A stretch of DNA of 64,000 nt from an uncultured Oscillospiraceae bacterium (GTDB taxonomy: Bacteria > Bacillota > Clostridia > Christensenellales > Aristaeellaceae). Of this stretch, positions 19,514 through 29,220 are shown piece by piece (within the stretch, counting starts at the first letter, position 1; the number at the start of each line of letters is the position of its first letter). Both the position numbers and the translations under genes were made by a program. The stretch covers positions 47,105 to 111,104 of the forward strand of contig CAYFTJ010000001.1 of the NCBI GenBank assembly GCA_964346155.1. The letters are read 5' to 3'. The notes beneath the pieces were generated by a model. It searched no databases and was not told where the DNA came from. It saw only the letters and a program-made list of their open reading frames with translations.

Positions 19514-20083
19514 TTATAGAATGATTTTTCCGCCTTCTATGGCTTTAACGGATGCAAGTGACAAGACATCCATGCCTTCATCCCTTAAGGCCTTTCCGCC
19601 AGACTGAAAGGCCTTCTCAATAGCTATTCCGGCCCCTACACACTGGCAGCCAGCTTGTTTAATAAGGCTCTTTAAGGCTTGAATAGCTTCGCCGTTTGCT
19701 AAAAAGTCATCGACAATTAGAACCTTGGAATTTTTGGGTAAATAGCTGGGGTCAACCAAGAGATTATTACTCTTTTGGTGGGTAAAGCTATAGCACTTTG
19801 CTTCCAGCATGCCTTTGGCCTGGTTAGAAGCCTTACCTTTTTTGGCGAAAACTACTGGCTTGTTTCCCAGCGCGATTCCGGTAGCAACCGCTAAAGCGAT
19901 TCCGGATGCTTCGACAGTCAGGACGATGTCCGGCTTTTTATTGGCAAAATGGCCAGCAATTTCCTTGCCCATTTCCATTAATAAATCCGTATCAATTCGG
20001 TGGTTTAGGAACATATCGACTTTAACGATATTGTTTCCAATGCCAATCCCCTGTTTTAAAATGGCTTCTTCCAAAGCGCGCAC
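19514..20083 (-). CDS. xpt: Xanthine phosphoribosyltransferase
   Basis: The 189-aa product has the Xpt N-terminus (LEEAILKQG..VDMFLNHRID) and a PRPP-binding motif (VLIVDDFLANGEA). The GTG start is preceded by agaggggg. Confidence 0.9.
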   Translation of the reverse strand: MRALEEAILKQGIGIGNNIVKVDMFLNHRIDTDLLMEMGKEIAGHFANKKPDIVLTVEASGIALAVATGIALGNKPVVFAKKGKASNQAKGMLEAKCYSFTHQKSNNLLVDPSYLPKNSKVLIVDDFLANGEAIQALKSLIKQAGCQCVGAGIAIEKAFQSGGKALRDEGMDVLSLASVKAIEGGKIIL

Positions 20084-20195
20084 AATAAATTACCCCCTCT
20101 AATTTTGCCTAATGATAATGATATCATAATTTAAACAAATGCTCAAACATTGCAAGTTAAATGAAACATGTTATAATGCTTTTGTAAGGAGAGAT

Positions 20196-21194
20196 ATGCG
20201 CAGAAATCGTTCAACCAATCAATTCAAACGCCGTGGAATCAGCCGCATCAAGAACGGCGGTTTTTCTCTGCGCCATATCTTGTTATTAGGGAGCGCACTT
20301 CTTTTTTTGGTTTCGTCTGTTTTATTGGTTCGCTATCTTATCATGACCATTCAAACAAGGAAAACCAATCAGGAACTTAAGGAAAGTTATTATGCGGCCA
20401 ACTCTGCTGAGCCGGTGCCTATCAATGAAAGCAATGATTTGAGGAATTCGCTCCCACACGTATCGTATAGCCCTGTGCCAGTTGTCACACCGTATTCCGT
20501 ATACAATATTGCAGCAACGCAAATCCCGGTTATTCACCAGCCTCAAAGTACTCCTGAGCCTGCGATGCTCGACCAATTTGTCAAACTGTATAAAGCCAAC
20601 AAGGATATAGTAGGTTGGCTTAAATCATCAGCTGTTCCGGAAATTGACTTTCCCATTACACAAAGAGATAATGTGTTTTATTTGACGCACGATTTTTATG
20701 GGCGCACAAGCGCATCCGGTACCGTATTTTTGGACCAAGATTGTTCAACGATGCCCCGCAGTGAGAATCTAATTCTGCACGGGCACAACATGAAAAATGG
20801 CACCATGTTCGGAAAACTCAAAAGCTTTCTGGAAGAAACAACGTTTAAAAAAGATCCATTGATTTCTTATACAACGCTTTACCAGCAGGAGCAATATGTA
20901 CCTTTTGCAGTGAGTCTGGTATCTGTAGATCCTAAAGATGATGATTATTTATCTTTGATATCTCCGGATTTTACCGATGATGAACAAAGGGATGATTATA
21001 TTAGCCGGCTAACGGCTTATTCCGTATATTCACTGCCCGTAGATGTTCTACTGGAAGATGAACTTTTAACTCTTGCCACCTGTCATGGGGATGAAGATTC
21101 AGAACGCCTGGTTATCGGACTACGAAAACTTCGTCCCTATGAAAACGCTGATGAACTGGTTCAAAATATTCGCGACAAGATGCTTGTGCGCTAG
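20196..21194 (+). CDS. srtB: Class B sortase
   Basis: It has an N-terminal TM anchor, the HGHNM motif, a catalytic TLATC motif and DIVGWL..IDFPITQ. I prefer the start at ATG 20196, preceded by aaggagag. Confidence 0.75.
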   Translation: MRRNRSTNQFKRRGISRIKNGGFSLRHILLLGSALLFLVSSVLLVRYLIMTIQTRKTNQELKESYYAANSAEPVPINESNDLRNSLPHVSYSPVPVVTPYSVYNIAATQIPVIHQPQSTPEPAMLDQFVKLYKANKDIVGWLKSSAVPEIDFPITQRDNVFYLTHDFYGRTSASGTVFLDQDCSTMPRSENLILHGHNMKNGTMFGKLKSFLEETTFKKDPLISYTTLYQQEQYVPFAVSLVSVDPKDDDYLSLISPDFTDDEQRDDYISRLTAYSVYSLPVDVLLEDELLTLATCHGDEDSERLVIGLRKLRPYENADELVQNIRDKMLVR

Positions 21195-21787
21195 CAGCAA
21201 CAACACCGACAATATATACACAACCAAAGGAGGTTTAACCAGTCAAAAAAAGAACGGGTGGGCTTCCTTGTCGTTTGATAGGTTCTGTATGTCGTGCCAC
21301 CTGAAACGGTGCCTATACGTTGGGCAATCAAAATATATTCAAGATTTCCTGGCTCCATGTTCATGGCGGTTTGAATATGACTTTTTGCAAGATCTATTTG
21401 CCCCAAGCCCTGGTGGGCAAGTGCGCTTAAAGCAAACCAGCGTGCATTTCGGTTGCTCATTTGTGCTAAAAGGGCCAGTGCTTCAGCATATCTTCCATAA
21501 TTTATCAGCTGCTCAATGGAATAGAATCGATTATTCCAGCCGCTTTCAGGCCTTTGTTGATAAGGACTGCCCGTATAAGTTTGCTGGTAGGAACCGTAAG
21601 AACTGTTCGCCTTGCCACTTTTGATAGCTTCATAGGCAACATTAATTTCAGCCATTTTTCTTTGGGCATCCGGATTGTTTGGATTTAAATCCGGATGATA
21701 TTTTTTAGCCAGTTTGCGGTACGCGGCGGTTACTTCTTTTTCTGAGGCGCTGGGGGAAACGCCTAATACTTCATAGGGGTTTTTCAA
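21191..21787 (-). CDS. J-domain protein with TPR-like helices and a C-terminal cysteine string
   Basis: It has a J domain with HPD ([23 protein letters not shown]), a Q/Y/S-rich linker, TPR-like repeats and the tail [16 protein letters not shown]. The TTG start is preceded by ggagggg. Confidence 0.8.
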   Translation of the reverse strand: MKNPYEVLGVSPSASEKEVTAAYRKLAKKYHPDLNPNNPDAQRKMAEINVAYEAIKSGKANSSYGSYQQTYTGSPYQQRPESGWNNRFYSIEQLINYGRYAEALALLAQMSNRNARWFALSALAHQGLGQIDLAKSHIQTAMNMEPGNLEYILIAQRIGTVSGGTTYRTYQTTRKPTRSFFDWLNLLWLCIYCRCCCC

Positions 21788-22583
21788 GAATTTCCCCTCC
21801 TTTAATTCCGTAGTATTGAAGCCACATGCCTCGAGTTAAAATGTTTTGCAGTATCGGTTTTTGTAATTGGTTGGTTTTAAGCTGCTCTAGCTGATTTAAA
21901 CACAGCTGCCCAATTGAGTGAAGCAGGTGCTTTTGTTCGCTTTGATTGTAATGGACAAAAGGATTGTACAGTTCATGCTTTAAATCATGTTTTAAGTCGC
22001 ATGCAGCGTCCATGAGATATATAAACTTTCCAATATTTTGTCCAAGGTCGGCATAATCAAAGCTAATCTTTTCAAATATCTTGCGAGTTATATGGGAAAA
22101 AGCAGCAGAAGGCAACTCAATGTTTGTTTCACCTTGGAGTTCATAGGTTCTTAAAATACTTAACTGTTCTTTTATACAGGCATAAATATCAGGATATTGC
22201 TCGTGAATGTGTACCGTTTCTTTTTCCCAGCGTTTAAAAAGGCGATGGGGCAAGCGGCTTCCTTCATCCTGCTTTTGATCGACTTTTTGCCAATATCCTA
22301 GTAACATAGTCATATCAGCTAAAAAAACTGTGTGGGGTAAAATTTTGTACTCACAGTTCTTAAATAGAAAGTGTTTTGGACAACGCTGTACACCAGTAAT
22401 GCCGGAATTATCATTGTTTTTGTCAAGCAACAACAAAAAAACTATATCATAATGGACTAAAAAGCGAGCAAAGCCACCATAATGATCTGCAAGCTGTTTG
22501 CACAACCCACAATAGAGTGAGCGATAATACGCCTTCTGCTCTGCAGACAAGAAGCGGGGATCAGCGATTAAATAACCAAACAT
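21771..22583 (-). CDS. DUF5685-like protein (uncharacterised family)
   Basis: The N-terminus [43 protein letters not shown] matches my recollection of DUF5685. The start is preceded by aggagg. It overlaps the J-domain gene by 17 nt. Confidence 0.6.
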   Translation of the reverse strand: MFGYLIADPRFLSAEQKAYYRSLYCGLCKQLADHYGGFARFLVHYDIVFLLLLDKNNDNSGITGVQRCPKHFLFKNCEYKILPHTVFLADMTMLLGYWQKVDQKQDEGSRLPHRLFKRWEKETVHIHEQYPDIYACIKEQLSILRTYELQGETNIELPSAAFSHITRKIFEKISFDYADLGQNIGKFIYLMDAACDLKHDLKHELYNPFVHYNQSEQKHLLHSIGQLCLNQLEQLKTNQLQKPILQNILTRGMWLQYYGIKGGEILEKPL

Positions 22584-22693
22584 GTTTTCCTCCTATGGCG
22601 CAATTTTACCACAAACAAGAAGAGGATACCAAATATATTGGACTTTTTACAAGGATAATGTTATACTTGAAGCTGAAAAAGGAGGTTATTTGG

Positions 22694-24004
22694 TTGAATA
22701 ATCAAACCATTGTCATCCGGGTTTTCTTATTGCTTGTATGCCTAGTGTCGGTTGCAGTATTACGGGCGACAGATACAGCATTACGCTCATCTCAGCTTAC
22801 AAAAGGCAGACGAGATGAAGAGGAGGATGAAGAGAATCCAGCACCTTTTCATCAGCTTCGTTTTAGCACTTTTGAACCGATTAACGGTATCAAATTTGCG
22901 GAATTTTCATTAGGAACTCTGATTATTGCGTTTTTGAATGTTTGGCTTGTTCCCGGTTTTTCAGAACGATTGAATAATCATTTCGAATTATCTCCTGGTG
23001 TTTCGCAAGTCGTTGCTGCAATTCTAATTGCAGTACCGACAATTTTTATTCTTTTAACGTTCATCATCGTGTTGCCCACTCTTGCCGTTAAGCGTAACCT
23101 TGAGCATTTTTCTAAAACTTTGTTCCCGCTTGGAAAAATAACCGAAGTTCTTTTTAGGTATCCTGCTCGATTCGTAAGCTGCCTATCTAAGCAGTTTGCT
23201 TTATTTCTTGTTAAACAAGGTGTTGCCCATGACGAGCAAATAACAGAAGATGAAATTCGGATGATGGTTGATGTTGGTGAAGAAAAGGGGACCATTGAAG
23301 AATCGGAACGAGACATGATAGAAAATGTCTTTGAGTTCAACAATATGACTGCTGAAGAATGCATGACCCACCGTACCGATATGGTCGCTCTGTGGCTTGA
23401 GGATACAGAGGAGCAATTTCTAGAAACAATAAAAGAGTCCGGACTTTCCCGCTTTCCGGTCTATACTGATGACTTGGATCATATTATCGGCATCATGACA
23501 ACCAGGGATTATTTAATGAATCGCCTTTCAAAGCAACCGCGACCCTTAAAGCATCTTTTACGCAAGCCTTATTTTGTACCCGAATCTATACGCACTGATG
23601 CTCTTTTTCGAAAAATGCAAAACGACAAGGCACATATGGCCATTGTTGTTGATGAGTACGGCGGTACATCCGGTATTATTACCATGGAAGACTTGCTGGA
23701 ACAAATTGTCGGCAATATTTATGATGAATATGATCCCCAAATTCAAGCAGACATGGAAAAGGTTGGCGATACCTGGAAAGTCGCAGGGTATGTTGAATTG
23801 GAGCGTTTTAACGAAGAAACTGGTTTTCAGCTTCCTGTCGACGATGAATATGATACAGTTGGAGGTTTCTTATTAAGTCGCTTAAGTTTTATCCCTGAAG
23901 ATGGCACACAAGTTGACATCGAAGAAGAGGGATTAATGTTTACCATAAAAGAAATTGAAGACCGTCGAATTGAATGGGTGGAGGTAAAGAAAATAGATGG
24001 TTGA
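22694..24004 (+). CDS. CNNM/TlyC-family (DUF21-CBS pair-CorC_HlyC) hemolysin-family transporter protein
   Basis: It has a TM DUF21 region, two CBS motifs and a C-terminal CorC domain. I prefer the start at TTG 22694, preceded by aaaggagg; the ORF-track start lies inside the divergent gene. Confidence 0.8.
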   Translation: MNNQTIVIRVFLLLVCLVSVAVLRATDTALRSSQLTKGRRDEEEDEENPAPFHQLRFSTFEPINGIKFAEFSLGTLIIAFLNVWLVPGFSERLNNHFELSPGVSQVVAAILIAVPTIFILLTFIIVLPTLAVKRNLEHFSKTLFPLGKITEVLFRYPARFVSCLSKQFALFLVKQGVAHDEQITEDEIRMMVDVGEEKGTIEESERDMIENVFEFNNMTAEECMTHRTDMVALWLEDTEEQFLETIKESGLSRFPVYTDDLDHIIGIMTTRDYLMNRLSKQPRPLKHLLRKPYFVPESIRTDALFRKMQNDKAHMAIVVDEYGGTSGIITMEDLLEQIVGNIYDEYDPQIQADMEKVGDTWKVAGYVELERFNEETGFQLPVDDEYDTVGGFLLSRLSFIPEDGTQVDIEEEGLMFTIKEIEDRRIEWVEVKKIDG

Positions 24005-24854
24005 TGTTTTAATTGTTGGCGGCGGACCTGCCGGTTGTTCCGCTGCTTTAACGTGCCGTAGAAGGAATTTGTCCGTTTTGATGGTTTACAGCGGTGACGG
24101 CGCCTTGGCCAAAGCGCATAGAATTGATAATTATCCCGGCACTCCTCGAATAGGAGGTGCGGAGTTGCTTCAAATTATGCGCGAACAAGCTGAACTTGAG
24201 GGTGTCGAGCTTTTAAAAGGACTGGTACAAACCATTCTTCCAATGGGAGAAAGTTTTAGTGCCCTTGTGCAAGATAAGGTCATTGAAGCAAAGACCGTCA
24301 TTTTAGCTTGTGGTACGGCGCGGGTAAACTTTTTGGAAAACGAAGAATCACTTTTAGGCCAAGGTGTTAGTTACTGTGCTACTTGTGACGGTATGTTTTT
24401 TAAAGATAAGGAAATGATCGTGATTGGTGCCTCGGAAGATGCAATAGAAGAAGCCAACTACTTAAGTGACCTTGGAAAAGTCAGTTATATTATTGAGAAG
24501 AAACACGACACAAAAGGCCTGAACCCATCAATCAATGTCTTACCGGGTGTTCCCAAAGTTCTGCAAAAGGAGAACAGCAAACTGAACGTTGTTACGGATG
24601 TCCAGACTTATTCGGCCGATGGATTATTTATTTTCAGACCGGCTGTAGCACTTACTCAGCTTTTGGCCGGATTAGAAAGTGAAAAAGGCGTTGTGCAAGT
24701 AGACGCTTCATGTGCAACAAACATTCCAGGCGTATTTGCTGCCGGTGATATGATTGGCGGCACCATTCAGTTATCCAATGCCACTGGTGAAGGCACAACC
24801 GCTGCGCTTAGTGCAGCATCCTATTTAGCAAAGTTAAACAAGGCGGAAATATAA
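23997..24854 (+). CDS. Thioredoxin-reductase-like FAD-dependent disulfide oxidoreductase (NADPH-binding motifs not conserved)
   Basis: It has an FAD motif (VLIVGGGPAGCSAA), the redox-active CATCDG and GVFAAGDM. The second dinucleotide motif reads VIGASEDAIEEA. Confidence 0.75.
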   Translation: MVDVLIVGGGPAGCSAALTCRRRNLSVLMVYSGDGALAKAHRIDNYPGTPRIGGAELLQIMREQAELEGVELLKGLVQTILPMGESFSALVQDKVIEAKTVILACGTARVNFLENEESLLGQGVSYCATCDGMFFKDKEMIVIGASEDAIEEANYLSDLGKVSYIIEKKHDTKGLNPSINVLPGVPKVLQKENSKLNVVTDVQTYSADGLFIFRPAVALTQLLAGLESEKGVVQVDASCATNIPGVFAAGDMIGGTIQLSNATGEGTTAALSAASYLAKLNKAEI

Positions 24855-25585
24855 TGAAAAGACTAAGCGCTTTGTTCATAGCCCTTGCACTCTTTGTTGT
24901 TCCCTGCTTGGCGCAGGAAGGTGGATATTTTTCTTATGGTTTGGAAGTAGTGGAATTATTCTATCCCAGCAAAGAAAACCCGGTTTATAATTTTCAATGC
25001 GAATATCCTGTCATTGACAGCGACTCTTTAGTCGCCGAACAGATTAATGAGTTTTTCAGATTGGCTGTTACTGAACTTAGAGATCTGACCATTCCAATGT
25101 ATTCAAACGATGATGAATTGGGAAAAACAACCGGCAATGTTATTACCCAAAAGTATGAGGTGACAGTTAATACAGAAAAGTTCTTCGGTACCCTCATGCG
25201 CCAGAAACAAACCATCAATGGGGAAGAAAAAGAATCTTTGTTTTCTCAGGTATTTGCATCATCCGGTCCCTATGCCGGCCAGACCCTTACGCTGCGTGGC
25301 GCGCTGGGTGAAATTGGAGAAAGCAGTGAACAAATTGCGGAACTGATATTGGAAGATGTCTTTAAGACCCTTGCAGATAACAAAAAACCAGAGGATGCTG
25401 TTATACTTGAAGGACTAACACTTGATGATTTATATTTAGATTTTTATCCGGAAGCGCAGTTTTTTATGAACAGTGAAGAGGAAATTGTTTTCTATTTTCT
25501 TCCCGAAACTACTTTAGGGAAGCTTTCCACAACTACTTTTGTGTATAACGCTCAAAAAATCGGTGAATTATTAGAAAACAAATAA
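24854..25585 (+). CDS. Secreted hypothetical protein
   Basis: It has a Sec-type signal peptide ([17 protein letters not shown]). I recognised no secure family, though a DUF4163/DUF3298-like fold is possible. Confidence 0.5.
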   Translation: MKRLSALFIALALFVVPCLAQEGGYFSYGLEVVELFYPSKENPVYNFQCEYPVIDSDSLVAEQINEFFRLAVTELRDLTIPMYSNDDELGKTTGNVITQKYEVTVNTEKFFGTLMRQKQTINGEEKESLFSQVFASSGPYAGQTLTLRGALGEIGESSEQIAELILEDVFKTLADNKKPEDAVILEGLTLDDLYLDFYPEAQFFMNSEEEIVFYFLPETTLGKLSTTTFVYNAQKIGELLENK

Positions 25586-25601
25586 TAAGAAGGTTTTTTG
25601 T

Positions 25602-26639
25602 ATGATGATGGATGCTTTGGTCAAGGCACAGGCCGATAAAGGTCTGGAACTTAGACAGGTACCTAAGCCCAAAGTTGGAATTGATGATGTGCTCATCAAA
25701 ATCCATAAAACCGCTATTTGTGGAACCGATCTTCACATTTATAACTGGGATGCTTGGAGTCAGAAACACATTGAACCACCGCGCGTCATCGGCCATGAGT
25801 ATGTTGGTGAAATAGCAGAAATCGGCTCTAATGTTAAAGGTTTTAAAATTGGAGACATTGTTAGCGGTGAAGGGCATATCGTCTGCGGGCACTGTCGTAA
25901 TTGCCGTGGAGGCAATGCTCAATGGTGCCATAACACACAAGGTGTTGGTGTTCAGCGCGATGGTGCTTTTGCGGAGTATTTATGTATCCCCGCTTCAAAC
26001 TGTATTCCGATAAGCAAAGATATCCCTGAAGATATCGTTTCCTTTTTTGATGCTCTAGGTAATGCCACCCACACTGCCCTTATGTTTGATGTGATTGGCG
26101 AAGATATTCTTATCACCGGAGCGGGGCCCATTGGCATTATGGCAGCAGCTATTTGCCGGCATAACGGTGCCCGCCATGTTATGATTACCGATATTAATGA
26201 TTATCGCTTGGCACTTGCAAAGAAGCTTGGAGCTACAAAGACCATCAATGTGAAGCGCCAAAGTCTTGAAGAGGCAATGCAAGAGGCGGGCATGGTTGAG
26301 GGCTTTGATGTCGCCTTGGAAATGGCCGGAGCGCCCAGCGCATTAAAACAGATTTTCTCCACCCTGCGCAACGGCGGTAAAGTTGCTCTTCTTGGACTCT
26401 TTGGAGGTAAGCAACCCGACCTTGATATGGATGAGATTATCCTGAAAGGTGCTACTATACAAGGTATTTATGGCCGGAAAATGTATGAAACCTGGTACAA
26501 GATGGCTGCGATGGTCCAGTCGGGGCTTGATTTGAGACCTTTAGTTACTCATCATTTTCCTTATACTGAGTATAAACAGGCTTTTGACATCATGAACACT
26601 GGAATGAGCGGAAAAATTATATTGGAGTGGAGTAAATAA
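25602..26639 (+). CDS. tdh: L-threonine 3-dehydrogenase
   Basis: Long stretches closely resemble E. coli Tdh ([42 protein letters not shown]). Confidence 0.9.
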   Translation: MMMDALVKAQADKGLELRQVPKPKVGIDDVLIKIHKTAICGTDLHIYNWDAWSQKHIEPPRVIGHEYVGEIAEIGSNVKGFKIGDIVSGEGHIVCGHCRNCRGGNAQWCHNTQGVGVQRDGAFAEYLCIPASNCIPISKDIPEDIVSFFDALGNATHTALMFDVIGEDILITGAGPIGIMAAAICRHNGARHVMITDINDYRLALAKKLGATKTINVKRQSLEEAMQEAGMVEGFDVALEMAGAPSALKQIFSTLRNGGKVALLGLFGGKQPDLDMDEIILKGATIQGIYGRKMYETWYKMAAMVQSGLDLRPLVTHHFPYTEYKQAFDIMNTGMSGKIILEWSK

Positions 26640-26641
26640 TA

Positions 26642-27823
26642 ATGAAAAGAGCATTGAGTTATTACCTTGATGAGTTAAAAGCCATTGAGGAAGCGGGCAC
26701 CAAAAAATCTGAAAGAATCATCACAACCCAACAAAAAGCTGTAATCAATACCACCATGGTAGATGGTGTGCTAAATATGTGCGCCAACAACTACCTTGGC
26801 CTTAGCAACCACCCGGATTTAATATCAGCAGCTAAGGAAAGCTATGATACTTGGGGTTTCGGGCTTTCAAGCGTACGCTTTATTTGCGGCACTCAACAAA
26901 TCCATAAAGATTTGGAAAAGGAACTGGCCGATTTCTTACAAATGGATGATGCTATTCTATATTCGTCCTGTTTTGATGCAAACGGCGGTCTGTTTGAAAC
27001 TATCCTTACTGAACAGGATGCCATTATATCCGATGAACTTAACCACGCGTCAATCATTGATGGTGTGCGCTTGTCTAAAGCAGCCAGGTATCGTTATCTC
27101 AACAGCGATATGAAAGATTTGGAAGAGCAACTCATTAAAGCCAAAGACGCACGCATCCGTTTGATTGTGACGGACGGAGTTTTTTCCATGGATGGCTATG
27201 TAGCCAAGCTCAAAGAGATTTGCGACCTTGCGGATAAATATGACGCTTTGGTGATGGTTGATGATAGTCACGCCACCGGCTTTATGGGAAAGCATGGTAA
27301 GGGTTCTATTGAGCACTGCGGGGTAATGGGTAGAATAGACATTGTAACCAGCACCTTTGGTAAAGCATTGGGTGGGGCTTCGGGTGGGTTTACCGCAGCC
27401 AGACAGCCTATCGTTGACTTGCTTCGCCAGCGTTCAAGGCCCTACTTGTTTAGCAACACCCTTGCGCCTGCTATTTGTGCGGCGACGCTTGAGACCTTGA
27501 AGAAACTAAAGACAAGCACCACTTTTCGGGATAAAGTTCATGAAAATGCCGCTTATTTTAGAAGCATGATGGAAAAAGAAGGCTTTGACCTTTTGCCGGG
27601 AGAGCATCCTATCATTGCTGTTATGCTTTATGATGAGCATAAGGCGCTAGAATTTGCTGAAAGAATGCTGGCAAAAGGCGTATATGTTATTGCTTTTTCA
27701 TATCCGGTTGTTCCTAAAGGAAAGGCGCGCATCAGGGTACAAATAAGTGCTGCTCATTCGAAAGAAAACTTGGAATTTGCAGTTAAAGCTTTTACCGAAG
27801 TGAAAAATGAAATGAAACTATAA
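26642..27823 (+). CDS. kbl: Glycine C-acetyltransferase (2-amino-3-ketobutyrate CoA ligase)
   Basis: It is an alpha-oxoamine synthase with a PLP-lysine context ([14 protein letters not shown]) and sits immediately downstream of tdh. Confidence 0.9.
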   Translation: MKRALSYYLDELKAIEEAGTKKSERIITTQQKAVINTTMVDGVLNMCANNYLGLSNHPDLISAAKESYDTWGFGLSSVRFICGTQQIHKDLEKELADFLQMDDAILYSSCFDANGGLFETILTEQDAIISDELNHASIIDGVRLSKAARYRYLNSDMKDLEEQLIKAKDARIRLIVTDGVFSMDGYVAKLKEICDLADKYDALVMVDDSHATGFMGKHGKGSIEHCGVMGRIDIVTSTFGKALGGASGGFTAARQPIVDLLRQRSRPYLFSNTLAPAICAATLETLKKLKTSTTFRDKVHENAAYFRSMMEKEGFDLLPGEHPIIAVMLYDEHKALEFAERMLAKGVYVIAFSYPVVPKGKARIRVQISAAHSKENLEFAVKAFTEVKNEMKL

Positions 27824-27835
27824 AGAGGAATATCA

Positions 27836-28837
27836 ATGGAAAAAACAGAAACCAAACAAACCCTATATTCGGGTATTCAACCCAGTGGCAACATTACTCT
27901 TGGTAATTATATCGGGGCAATTCGTCAGTTCACCTTGTTAAACGATCAGTATAATTGCCTGTTTTGTGTTGTAGATTTACATGCGCTAACTGTCCGGCAG
28001 GTACCGGCTGAACTTCGGAGAAATACCCTGGAACTATTTGCTTTGTATGTTGCTGCAGGCCTTGACCCGGAAAAGAATATTATCTATTGCCAAAGCCATG
28101 TGCCGGAGCATGCTGAACTGGCATGGATTCTTAATTGTTTTACTTACATGGGCGAACTATCCCGTATGACACAGTTTAAGGATAAGAGTTCGCGTAATCA
28201 AGAAAATATCAACGCGGGTTTGTTTACTTACCCGGTATTGATGGCAGCTGATATTTTATTATATCAAACAGCGTTGGTTCCAGTAGGGGAAGATCAAAGG
28301 CAGCATTTGGAAATCACTCGCGATATTGCCGAAAGGGTAAACAATATCTATAGCAATCTATTTGTGGTTCCTGAAGCGTATATCCCCAAAGAAACATCCA
28401 AAATATTAAGCCTTTCTGATCCCACCAGAAAAATGAGCAAGTCTGAGCCTGACGGCGCTATTTTCCTGTTGGACAGCGCAGATGATATTCGAAGAAAAAT
28501 TCGCCGGGCAGTAACTGATAGTGACGGAGAAATCCGTTTGGACCCGGAAAATAAACCGGGCCTTACAAACTTACTTCAAATTTATTCTGCGTTTTCCGGT
28601 GAGTCACTGAATGATGCCGTTCATCGTTTTGAAGGTCAGGGATACGGGCAGCTTAAAGGCACCGTTGCCGATGCTGTGATTGCAGGCGTTGAACCTATTC
28701 AGGCAAGATATAAAGAACTTATGGCCGACAAGGCGACGCTGAATCAGCAGATGATGAACAATGCTGAACGAGCCCGGAAAATCGCAGCACGAACCATGCG
28801 CAAAGTATATAAAAAAGTCGGCCTGTATCAAGGTTAA
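27836..28837 (+). CDS. trpS: Tryptophan--tRNA ligase
   Basis: It has the class I HIGH-like motif (GNITLGNYIG) and KMSKS, and the 333-aa length is typical. Confidence 0.95.
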   Translation: MEKTETKQTLYSGIQPSGNITLGNYIGAIRQFTLLNDQYNCLFCVVDLHALTVRQVPAELRRNTLELFALYVAAGLDPEKNIIYCQSHVPEHAELAWILNCFTYMGELSRMTQFKDKSSRNQENINAGLFTYPVLMAADILLYQTALVPVGEDQRQHLEITRDIAERVNNIYSNLFVVPEAYIPKETSKILSLSDPTRKMSKSEPDGAIFLLDSADDIRRKIRRAVTDSDGEIRLDPENKPGLTNLLQIYSAFSGESLNDAVHRFEGQGYGQLKGTVADAVIAGVEPIQARYKELMADKATLNQQMMNNAERARKIAARTMRKVYKKVGLYQG

Positions 28838-28842
28838 AACGG

Positions 28843-29217
28843 ATGATTATTGGAATTGGGCTTGATCTTTGTTCGGTAGAAAAAGGCCGAATGATGCTCA
28901 AGAATAAACACTTCTTAAAACGAGTTTTTACTGAGGATGAGCAAGCCTATTTCACTAGCCGTGGTGTAGGCGCAGCAGCGTCTTGCGCCGGTTGTTTTGC
29001 TGTAAAAGAAGCGGTATTAAAGGCGCTGGGTGTCGGCATTACATCACTATCTTTGACTGATATTGAAGTAAAGCATGAACAAAGTGGAGCCCCATCCTGT
29101 GTCCTTCGCGGTAAAGCCCTTGAAATAGCAGAAACAATAGCGGTTAAAAAGGTTTTTATCAGTATAACGCATGAATCGGAAACGGCAGCAGCCATCGCGG
29201 TTTTTGAGGGAGGATAA
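28843..29217 (+). CDS. acpS: Holo-[acyl-carrier-protein] synthase
   Basis: The 124-aa product has MIIGIGLDL and the CFAVKEAVLKALG motifs. Confidence 0.9.
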   Translation: MIIGIGLDLCSVEKGRMMLKNKHFLKRVFTEDEQAYFTSRGVGAAASCAGCFAVKEAVLKALGVGITSLSLTDIEVKHEQSGAPSCVLRGKALEIAETIAVKKVFISITHESETAAAIAVFEGG

Positions 29218-29220
29218 CAA

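Noticed and set aside
20084-20195. A possible purine riboswitch or PurBox upstream of xpt.
   Set aside because: The leader is only about 110 nt and is shared with the divergent sortase gene. I found neither the conserved purine-riboswitch core nor a CCGAAC/GTTCGG box, only a Shine-Dalgarno motif (agaggggg) before a GTG start.
21073-21624. A 183-aa plus-strand ORF overlapping the sortase end and the J-domain gene.
   Set aside because: It is antisense to a gene with a clear J domain. It has no Shine-Dalgarno motif and an odd composition (C/F/W-rich), so it is probably spurious.
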